The position numbers and the translations under genes are program-made. A DNA stretch of 64,000 bases. It comes from Blastocladiella emersonii ATCC 22665. Lineage: Eukaryota > Fungi > Blastocladiomycota. This document shows, piece by piece, positions 55,040 to 64,000 of this stretch (position 1 is the first letter of the stretch; the number at the start of each line of letters is the position of its first letter). Under the pieces are notes generated by a model, which saw only the letters and a list, made by a program, of their open reading frames with translations, was not told the DNA's origin and searched no databases. The stretch is from assembly GCA_025594325.1 (NCBI GenBank), contig JANHCV010000001.1:2852001-2916000 (forward strand). The letters run 5' to 3'.

Positions 55040-55318
55040 GGCGTCGTCGTGCTCCCGACCGACCTGTCCCTCGCCACCCCGTCAACTACCCTCGCTTCTC
55101 AATGGCCTCGATACGATGAATGATGTTCCTACGACATGTACATACAAAACCTCTCGAAAATTCGGTCTCCGCGAGTGCCAGCGGTCACGGGCGCCTCCTG
55201 CCGGCGCGCGGCGCTCACGCCCCGCCGCTCGACTCTGCCCCCTTAAGACGCGGCGTTCACCCTTCCCCTCCCCTCTCCGCCCAGCACCAAACCCCCGACC
55301 CCCTGCAACGTAAACACC

Positions 55319-55890
55319 ATGTCACTTGCCGCACTCGAGAAGAAGATCGAGACCGAGATCGCCGCCTTCAACGCCCTACAGAAGGGTATGCATGCCCGCG
55401 CCGTGCCGTGCGGCACCCGCGCCCGCGACGAGCGCTGACCACCCAACGGCACACGTCCAGACTACTCGACGGTCGTTTCGAGCCGCCAGACGCTCGAGTC
55501 GCAGCTCAAGGAGAACGAGCTCGTGCAAAAGGAGTTTGAGCTGCTCGACGACGAGGCCACCGTCTACAAGCTGATCGGGCCCGTGCTCGTCAAGCAGGAG
55601 CAGCCCGAGGCCAAGGCTAACGTCGCCAAGCGCCTCGAGTTCATTCGCGGCGAGATGTACGTCGACACAACTCCGGGAGTGTGCGCAACCCGAGCTGACC
55701 CGCCTCCTTGTTCGCACAGCACCCGCGCGGAAAAGAAGATCAAGGAGCTCAACGAGAAGATGGAGAAGACCAAGATGGAGGTCCGTCCCCTCTCCCGTAC
55801 TCCGCGACGAACCAGCACTCACGGCTCTTTTGCGTGTAGATCATGGGCCTCCAGGTGCAGGCGCAGAAGCTCAAGGGCGGCTCCGCATAA
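55319..55890 (+). CDS. PFDN6: Prefoldin subunit 6
   Basis: RQTLESQLKENELVQKEFELLDDEATVYKLIGPVLVKQEQPEAKANVAKRLEFI; 3 introns. Confidence 0.95.
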
Positions 55891-56020
55891 GCCCGTACGA
55901 GAACGTGTGTGTGTTGGATGTATTTGAATACGGACGGGTTCCTGCAACGCGAAGGACGAGAACACCCTCAAATCAACCGAGATCTAGGTATGCTGAGCGG
56001 GATACGACATGCGCGCGCGC

Positions 56021-57889
56021 TCATACGCGCGCGTACAACAACGCCTTGCCGCCTGCGGCAGTGCCCGCGCCGCCCTCCGCGCCCGCCCCTGTTGGTGCAG
56101 AGGCCACATCGACGACCACGGCCGTCACGACCGTCACGTCGTCGAGCTTGCCGCCCGAGTAGACGCGGCCCGACAGCGAGCTCGCGGCGCGCGCGAAGGG
56201 CGACTGGCGGCGGTGGTTCATGGCGTACTCGCGGCCCTGGATCGCGAGGGCGCGCGCGAGCCGCGTGACGCGCGCGGCCAGCTCGTCGCGGCCGGCGGAC
56301 GTGGTCGCCGGCCAGTGCGGGTGGTGCGCCGTGAGCTCGCGCTGCACCGTGTACACGATATCGGAGGTGAAGGCGTTGTCGAAGAGGCCGTCGGTCGCGA
56401 CAATGACCACGTCGCCGGCGTGCAGCTGGTGCTCGGCGACCTGGGCGTCGGCGGGCGAGTCGGCAATGTTGCCGCGCACGCCGTCCGGGCTGACGCTGAG
56501 CTGGAACGGCGCGTTGAAGTAGTGCTGCTGCTCGGGCGACCGGTACACGGCGCCGCGCCCGCCGTCGCCGACGATCAGGTACCCCGAGTCGCCGAGGTTG
56601 GCCGTGCGCAGGAGCCCCGTGCGCTGGTCAAACGACAGCACGGCGGCCGTCGCGCTGCCGGCCGTCACGGCGCGCTGCTCGAGGAGCCGCGCGTACGCCG
56701 CGGACAGCACGCCGCGCGGCTCGGGTGCCTTGGCGGCGTCTGCGTCAGCGGCGCGGTCCGCGGCCCACCGGCAGTTGCGCATCAGCTCCCACGCGAACAG
56801 CGACGGGTCGACGCCGAGATCGGCCCACCCGCCGACGCCGTCGGCCACGCCGAACACCGAGTAGGGCCCGCGCGACCACGTGAAGAAAGCGTCCTCGCCG
56901 CAGTCGACGGGCCGCGGCAGCGACATCTGGTACGCGGCGCGGTCCGAGGCCGGGTTGAAGCACCCGACGTCGTCCTCCTCGGGCGCCTGCGGCTTGGCGG
57001 GGACGCGCGCGTCGGCGGACGGCCGCTTCGGGCGCGCAGCGGCGCCCAGGACCAGGTCAAACGGATCGGCGAGCGCGGTCGCGGGTTCCGGCTCCGAGTG
57101 CACCGCTGGAGACTCGGGGATGGGCGGGAGGTCGTCAACCGCCGGCGGGGCAGTCGCAGCGACGGTGGACATGGCGCGCGCGCCGAGCGGGGCCGTGGGC
57201 GAGTTGGCGTAGGCGATGCCGGTCGGGCCCGAGTAGTACCCGTACGCGGCGTGGCCATGGATCCCGGACCCGTGCGGCCCGCCGTGGTGATGCGCGGGGC
57301 CAAAGGCGAACCCCGTCGCGGCATCGGTCCCGCCCATGCCGGGCACCGCGGCGCCATCGGCGAACCCGTCCGACAGGATGCCGGCGGGCGCGGGCGTGTT
57401 CTTGGCGTGGACGCTCGCGTTGCCCGACGACGACGAGCCGTTGCCGTTCGACCCGCCGGACCCGGTCCCCGAGCCGGTGGGCCCGGATCCGTGGTGCGCC
57501 GAGTGGGCGTGCGGCGACGAGGCGGTGGTGGTGACGGCGGGCGCGTCGGCCGACGTCAGCAGGTGCTGCTGGTGATGATGGTGGTGGTGATGCGGCTTCC
57601 CGACGCCGGGCGCGGCCGAGGCCGCCATGGACGCGGCGGCGTCAGGCCCGCCGGCCAGCGCGTGCGCGGCGCGCGACGGCGGGCGCGGAATCGGCGACGA
57701 CGCGGACCCCGCGCTGCTCGCGGCAGCGGCACGCGCAGCACGCGCGACCAGGCGGCGCGCCGCCGAGGTGCCGGGCGCCGGCGCGGGGGCGAGCACGGCC
57801 GCGGCCGAGGCGGACAGCGGGCGCTGGGCCGCGGCGCGAAGGCGGACGAGGTGCGGGAGCTGCGCCGTGCGCTGCAGGACGCGCGACAT
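56021..57889 (-). CDS. PTC7: PP2C phosphatase Ptc7-like with mitochondrial-type presequence, intronless
   Basis: CGEDAFF, FGVADGVGGW...GVDPS, GSATA, ANLGDSGY, QQHYFNAPFQL, DVVIVATDGLFDN, GGKLDDVTV; Arg/Ala-rich N-terminus. Confidence 0.94.
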   Translation of the reverse strand: MSRVLQRTAQLPHLVRLRAAAQRPLSASAAAVLAPAPAPGTSAARRLVARAARAAAASSAGSASSPIPRPPSRAAHALAGGPDAAASMAASAAPGVGKPHHHHHHHQQHLLTSADAPAVTTTASSPHAHSAHHGSGPTGSGTGSGGSNGNGSSSSGNASVHAKNTPAPAGILSDGFADGAAVPGMGGTDAATGFAFGPAHHHGGPHGSGIHGHAAYGYYSGPTGIAYANSPTAPLGARAMSTVAATAPPAVDDLPPIPESPAVHSEPEPATALADPFDLVLGAAARPKRPSADARVPAKPQAPEEDDVGCFNPASDRAAYQMSLPRPVDCGEDAFFTWSRGPYSVFGVADGVGGWADLGVDPSLFAWELMRNCRWAADRAADADAAKAPEPRGVLSAAYARLLEQRAVTAGSATAAVLSFDQRTGLLRTANLGDSGYLIVGDGGRGAVYRSPEQQHYFNAPFQLSVSPDGVRGNIADSPADAQVAEHQLHAGDVVIVATDGLFDNAFTSDIVYTVQRELTAHHPHWPATTSAGRDELAARVTRLARALAIQGREYAMNHRRQSPFARAASSLSGRVYSGGKLDDVTVVTAVVVDVASAPTGAGAEGGAGTAAGGKALLYARV

Positions 57890-58280
57890 GGCGGTGGTAG
57901 GTGCGGCAGTAGCTCAGCCGGTGGTGGTGATGGAGTGAGACGGGGGAGTCGAGGAGCGGCGAGCGCAGGGCAGGCCGAGTCGCGGAGTCGCGCGCAGCGG
58001 CGGCGGGTCGAGTGCGGGAGCGCGCCGCACACTGGGCGGGAAGAGTTGGCAGCGAGTGCGGCGACCGTGTGCCGTGCAATTGCCGCAAGTTGTGCAGCGG
58101 GAATCGGGGCAGGGTAGGCGTAATGGTCGATGAGGGAGGCGAAGGGATGGCAGGGCGCGCGCGACTCAGAGTTCCGCTCCGACCTTTTCCGGAGCACGCG
58201 GCGGCGCAGCGCGTGGGCGCGGGCAGGGATCGACCATCGAATTCTAATGAAATCAAGTGTATTCCTAGACTCCCCAGAAC

Positions 58281-59050
58281 CTACTCGGCGAGCGGGTCGG
58301 TGCCCTCGAACGGGCGGCGGTCGGCCACGCACGCGTCAAACACCTGGGCCACGGCAGCCTCGGCCTGCCCGTGGCAGTGCGGGTTGTGCCGCGTCGCGAG
58401 CGTTGCGCGCCGCCGGATGCACTCCTGCGCGCGGCGGTCCTACACGCTGTCAGTGAGGGCCCCATCATCATCCCGGAATGAGACGAGCAACGCACCAGCT
58501 GCTGGCCGCGCAGGGCAAAGTTGCCGCGCGTCACCTCGCGCACAAAGCCGCAGTCGCCCGACAGGTTGGCGGCGCGCACCTCGGTGCAGGCAAAGTGCTT
58601 GCAGTCCATCCAGTTGTACCGGAACACGCAGTGGTCGTAGGCGTGCACCAGCTCGTGCACCAGCGTCTCGCGCAGGTGGTCCTTGGAGATGACCTGGTTC
58701 GCGCACAGCAGGATCCCAAAGTCGGCCCCGAACCCGCCCGACGCCACGGGCAAGCACGGCAGGCACCGTATGTGTCGGTCTGCGTCGAACGGGCACCCGT
58801 ACGCCCGCAGCGCCTCGGCCAGCCGCCGCGCCTTGGGATCGTCGGCCAGCACCTCGCGCTTCCACCGCTCGCACTGCGCCTGCTGCGCCGCCGCCAGCCG
58901 TGCCGCCATCTGCTCTTCGCGCGTCTTAGGCGGGCTCGCCTGCGGCAGGATCGGATTTGGCGGCAGCATGCTGCTGTTGTCCGTGGTCGAAGTCGCGGGT
59001 GGAGGACTCGGATCCGCCCCGCTACACTCGGCCACCACCGACGAAAACAT
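58281..59050 (-). CDS. ATP23: Atp23-like metalloprotease (copy 2, divergent; start 59050 or 59086)
   Basis: CERWK, CLPC..ASGGFG..FGILLCAN, ETLVHELVHAYDHC (HExxH), ACTEVRAANLSGDC, -ECIRRRA, CVADRRPFE; one intron near 58444-58494. Confidence 0.88.
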
Positions 59051-59258
59051 GCGATAGATCCATTGCGGCAAGTTAGGCTGATTCATGTGTGTGCCATGGT
59101 GGTGATCTCGCCCCTGGGGGCGAGAGAGAGCTTGATTGAGGGCGGCAAGGACGGACTCCGCCACGGTCGGCGACCATGGTCGCTCACTTCGCGCGGTCCC
59201 CACGCTCTCCCGCTTCAACGACGACCAAACGCAAGCTGATGAAATCCTGAGCCACGCC

Positions 59259-62200
59259 ATGGCGCTCTCCGGCCGGCCCTCGCGCAAGGTCCTGTGGTCG
59301 CCGCACGGCGACCCGCGCGTGCTCGTCGCGTCGCACGACATCCGGCTGTACGAGTGGGACGACGCCGACGCCCTGTTCCGCCACGTCGCCGTCCTCGCCG
59401 ACCCCGTCCTGCAGAACTGGCGCTGCATCGCCTGGTCGCCCGACCCCTCCACGCCCGACGTCGTCGGCCTCGGCCTCGGCAACGGCAAGATCCTGCTCTC
59501 GCGCATCCGCCCCGGCGACGGCATGATGGCCCCCGCCGCCTACCACCCGCACCCGCACCACCACCATCACCACCATCACCAGTACCAGTACCAGCAGCCG
59601 CAGTACGCGCCGTCCGACGCCTCGGCGTTCGGCGCCTACGGCTACGCGTCGTCCGCGTCGGCCTCGTACGCGCCCAACACGTACCTCGCCGAGCTCGCGC
59701 CGCGCCAGCCGCGCGCGTGCCACGCCCTCGACTTCAACTCGCACGACCCGGCCCTGCTCGCCGCCGGCTACGAGAAGACCCGCAACGAGCACTGCCTCAT
59801 GGTCTGGGACGTCGAGACCCAGTCGTCGCACAGTCCCGCCCACTCCACCTTCCCCAACGCCGCCAATGACGGCCTGCCGCCGCCGCAGCGCGCCTCGGGC
59901 ACCCACGACCCGGCAAGTATCCTCGGCAGCGCAAGCAACTACCCGATCCACTACCCGGGCGCCGCCGCTGCCGTCGCCGCCTTCTCGGCCGCAGCGCTCA
60001 CCCATACTCGTCATCTCAGCGGGAGCGAGCGCCGGCTCGGTCTTGTGCGTGACAACAGCTTCAGCAAGGGGCTCGGGTCCATGGGCATGGGAACCGACGA
60101 TCTCGCCTCGACTCGTGGTATGCTCGCCCGGTGCCGCTCGAAGCGTATCCATACTCACACACGTCTTCGGTCTGCTAGTCGAATCGCGCCCGATCCCACC
60201 TGTCGTCTCCACCTACCAGAGCTCCAACGCGGGCGTCCCGATGCGCTTCTCAGGCATCGGCGGCGCCGCGGCCCCCTCGACGCTCGGCAACGGCGGCGCC
60301 GGCGGTCCGGGCACCTCGCGCACGCCCGCATCCACCGCCACGCCGCTGTACCAGTTCGGCGCGTCCGAGTCGGTCTCGGCGCTGTCGTGGCTGCACGACC
60401 ACAACCGGCTGATCGCCGCGGGCATGGGCCTCAAGTGGCTGCGCATCTTCGACCTGCGCGCCGAGTCGTCGAGCGGGCCTGTCCTCGCCTACGGCACCCG
60501 CGCCGTGTTCGGCGTCACTGCCGACCCCTTCAACCCACGCCGCTTCGCGTCCTACTCGGACGACTGCGTCATCAAGGTCTGGGATATTCGCCGCCCCGGC
60601 GAGGCGATGCTCACTATCCCGCCCGCGCCCGCTGTCTCGGGGCTGGGTCTTGCTGGATCGACCACGTCGGCGGCGGCGAGCGCTGCTGCTGCGGCGGCCG
60701 CCGCTGCGACCTCGTCCGTCTCGCACATCCTCTTCTCGCCCAGCCGCGCCGGCCTGCTCGGCGCCGTGTACCGCGACCAGCCCGGGATCAAGATGTTTGA
60801 GATCATCGACCAGCCCACCTCGCTGTCGGCCGAACCCACCGACACCGCCGTACCCCCACGGACCACGGCGACTCCGCTAGGCGGTGCCGCCGAGTACGCG
60901 ACCCCGACTTCGTCCTCGGTCCAGCGCGCCGCCGCCGCCGGCACCACCAACGCGGGCAGCTCCTCGCTCGCGATGCAGCTCCCGCTCGACGAGGGCCTGT
61001 GCGTGCAGCGCACGCGGACCGTCGGGACCACCATGGCGGGCTCGTTCGACTTTGTCCCGACGGGCAACAAGTCGCACTGCCAGGTCGTGCTCCTCGCGCG
61101 GTCAGCGCCGCTCGGCACCGTCGGCCCCGCAGCCAGCGCAGCGGGCGGCACGTCGGGCGCCAACGGGCCGAGTCCGCCGGGACCCATTGGCGGCGGCGGC
61201 GGGCCCAACGCCATGGTCATGGCGGGCGGTCCCGCGGCCGGTGCCACGGCAACCGCTGCCGCCGCGCTCGCGGCCGCGGCGACCGAGTTCAAGCTCGAGC
61301 TGCTGACGCTGCACAACACGCCGCAGGCCGCGTGGAACCCGAACGGGAGCCTCGCGGCGGCCGCGGGGACCACCATCACGTTCGAGACGCCCGGCAACGA
61401 GGACGTGACGGCGACGATGCGGCGGCGCGCCATGGCCGGGTACGCCATGAACGCGGCCGTGAACCAGACGGTTGTCGCGGACGTGCCGCCGCTGCGCGCG
61501 CTGTGGACGTGGATTGCGCGCATGGAGCAGCTCACGGCCGCGCAGCGCGTGTTGATTGGTGGGCTCGATTTCTCGTACCTCGGGATCCAGCGGATCCTCC
61601 AGGGGCTCACGGCGAACGGGTCGCGCGCGGAAACGGAAAAGGACTCGTTCACGCGCGCGTTTACCAGCCCGCAGCGGCGGCTCGCGCTCTCGTTCTGCGG
61701 CTGGTTCGGCCGCGACGAGGTCGAGGGCGAGCTGCTCCGGCTCGAGGCCGCGGGGCAATACGAGAAGGCCGCGCTCTGGGCGTTCCTGTACGGCGATCTC
61801 GGGCGCACCATCCAGTCGTTGCTCGCGAGCAAGGGTACGCTCGTCCCGTCCCTTCGACGCGGTACCGAACTAACCATTGATTGAACATTTAGACGAGAAA
61901 CTGCACCTCGTCAGCGCGGTCCTCGCCGGGTACATCAAGGAGGCGCGGCCCGAGTGGGTGCACCTGTGCCGCAGCCTGTCGCAGGAGCTGACGCGGCCCG
62001 AGCTGCGCGCCATGTTCACGTACCTCAGCACGTCCGACTGGTCGGCCGTCATGTACGAGGACCTCGAGCCGCACGAGAAGCTGCTAGTCGCGCTACGGTA
62101 CTTTGACGACGCGCAGCTGCTCGACTACACGGACACGGCGGCCGACGTGGCGGTGCGCGAGGGCGACCTGCAGGGGATCCTGTTCACGGGGCTCTCGCCC

Positions 62201-63091
62201 GAGGGCGTCGAACTGTTCGTCCGCTACGTCGACAACACGGCCGACTTCCAGACCGCCGCCGTCGCGCTCTCGTTCGCGATCCCGCGCCGGTTCAAGGACC
62301 CGCGCGTCCAGGTCTGGGTCGACGAGTACCGCGACTTCCTCGACCGCCAGCAGCTGTTCCACGTGCGCGCGCACTTCGACATTGCCGCGACGCGCGCCGC
62401 CGGGCCCGAGAACGCAGACATCGCGCCGCAGATCCACGTCCGGTGCAACTTCTGCAACCAGAGCATCGCCCAGTCCGTGTTCCTCCCCGGGATCAAGGAC
62501 CGCGACGGCCGACGCGTCACGCTCCAGGCTAGCGGCGGCGTCGGCCCGGGCGGCGGCGGTGGGGGACCCGGCGGGCCCGGCGGGTCCGCGGCGAACCCGC
62601 GGCTCAAGGCCACCGCGTGCCCGAACTGCCGCAAGGCGCTCCCGCGATGCGCGCTGTGTCTGCTCAGCATGGGCACGCCGCTCGACTCGCGCCGCGGCGG
62701 CGCTGGCGCTACCCTCGCTGCTCTCGTGGGCGCGGGCGGCAGCGTCGTCGGCGGGAACCTCGGCGCTGGCGCGAGCCCGCGGTTCGGCCACGGCCACGGC
62801 GGGCACCACGCGCACCTGCACGGTGGTCACTTCAACCCGCTCAGCCCGTCACCCGTGCCCTCGCCCATGACGCCGTCGGGCGTGCTTGGCGGCAGCACAA
62901 ACGCGGGAGCTGTGGCGGCGGCGGCACCCGCGGCGGGAGCAGGGCCGGGTGCAATCGCAGGGTTCGAGTCGTGGTTTACGTGGTGCCAGACGTGTCGCCA
63001 TGGTGGGCATGCGGGGCATATCATGCAGTGGTTCGCCAAGCACACGCGGTGTCCCGTCGCCGACTGCGACTGTCGCTGTTTGATGTTGTAG
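59259..63091 (+). CDS. MIOS: GATOR2/SEACAT subunit MIOS/Sea4
   Basis: N-terminal WD40s (WSP..P, LAAGYEK.RNEHCL.VWD, LAAGMGLKWLRIFDLR), C-terminal HVRCNFC...CPNCRKALPRCALC...WFTWCQTCRHGGHAGH..WF..H..CPV.DC.C.C; introns near 60119-60179 and 61835-61891. Confidence 0.95.
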
Positions 63092-63307
63092 CGAGAAACA
63101 AGAGATACACGTTCATATCGCGATCGTTCCGTCTGCTCTCATCGGAGGTGAGCTTCACGGCCGCAACGGGGAGCTGAGCCACAACCCGCTGCGCCACTGC
63201 GCGAGGATGAACAACGCGACCGACCGCTTGGAGCAGAGCAGACTAGAGATTCGAAGAAAAGAGGGTACATATCAACTGACACGCATAAATAAAGCACACG
63301 ACGAGGC

Positions 63308-64000
63308 CTAGTTGATCCTCGCCTTCGGGTCCCTGGACATGAACGCGCGGTAAACCTTCTCCGAGCTGGCCCTGCCGACCTTGTCGATCCGCGTGAGCAG
63401 GAGCGGCGCGCCCGCGGGGTCGGCCTCGTACGCCGCGTAGAGCGACATGACCGTTGGGTACACGCCCACGATTTTCCCCGCCGTGGCCTCCGTGATGCCC
63501 TTGATCTCGGCGAGTCCGTTGCGGAAGCTCTCGGTCGGCGTCTTGCCCTTCTTGCTCGTCACGTCGACGCACACGGTCTCCTGGTCCGTCTCCGCGGGAG
63601 GCCGGATGCTACACGGCGACGACGAGTCAGTCTGCGTGGATCAAGCGCGAGAAAGGAGTGCAAAGCGTACTGGTACGGGCGGCGGCCAACCTCGCACGTG
63701 AACCGGGCGAGGTACTCGAGCGTCTCCTTGCGCGAGTGCGTGTGCAGAACCTTGATGCCGTACGCGAGGACCCAGTCGTTGATGAGGTCGGGCACGCGCT
63801 GCCAGCCGAGCGCGTCGGGGATCTCGGTCGCGCCGTGGTAGTGCGGGTTGGTGGGGTTGCTGTTGTTGATGGCCACCCGGTTCGACTTGTGCTCCTTGTG
63901 GCGACGCTCCTTGAGCCACGCGTCGAGGTTCTCGACGAGAACGATGCACTTGGCGGTGCGGCGGTACTCAGCGAGCATGTGCGGCACCGCACCGCGCGGG
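63308..64000 (-). CDS. EME1: Eme1/Mms4-like non-catalytic subunit of Mus81 endonuclease (3' part; 5' end outside window)
   Basis: ERCC4-like segment (CIVLVENL...IKVLHT.SRKETLEYLARFT.EV..RPY) then HhH region KKGKTPTESF..GLAEIKGITE..A.KIV..YPT..SL..AY. Confidence 0.75.

Noticed and set aside
59530-59620. His/Gln-rich insert in MIOS (HPHPHHHHHHHQYQYQQ) and similar runs in the HAL kinase and PTC7
   Set aside because: Low-complexity slippage inserts are common across proteins in this window and carry no specific signal.

Overview
Eukaryotic, very GC-rich (roughly 65-70% by eye), gene-dense genomic DNA with short GT-AG introns (typical donor GTACG(T), branch CTGAC/CTAAC, acceptor YAG). Fungal hallmarks (fused ADE2, HAL-family kinase, SEA4/MIOS, DUF2415-type WD40, V-ATPase subunit f) occur together with cilium genes (CFAP100, lebercilin domain), so this is most likely a zoosporic fungus (Chytridiomycota/Blastocladiomycota; inference). 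About 30 genes were reconstructed by hand across introns; most long ORFs in the supplied track are antisense or off-frame shadows. Highlights: (1) a cluster of three class C (GABA-B/mGlu-like) GPCR genes at 14.6-24.6 kb, each with Venus-flytrap + 7TM and an apparent cytoplasmic PH domain; (2) a CHASE-PAS receptor whose histidine-kinase module has lost the phospho-acceptor His and ATP-binding boxes; (3) a 69-aa membrane-protein ORF ending 15 nt upstream of, and in frame with, ARPC3 (candidate dicistronic locus); (4) a 2,444-bp PIF/Harbinger transposon with perfect TIRs and TTA TSD but a frameshifted transposase and truncated ORF2; (5) a lebercilin-4xFN3 fusion head-to-head with CFAP100; (6) two divergent ATP23 paralogues 5 kb apart; (7) orphan proteins with multiple SxIP-like or tandem AIM/LIR-like motifs. 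All family assignments come from motif recognition by eye, not database searches.
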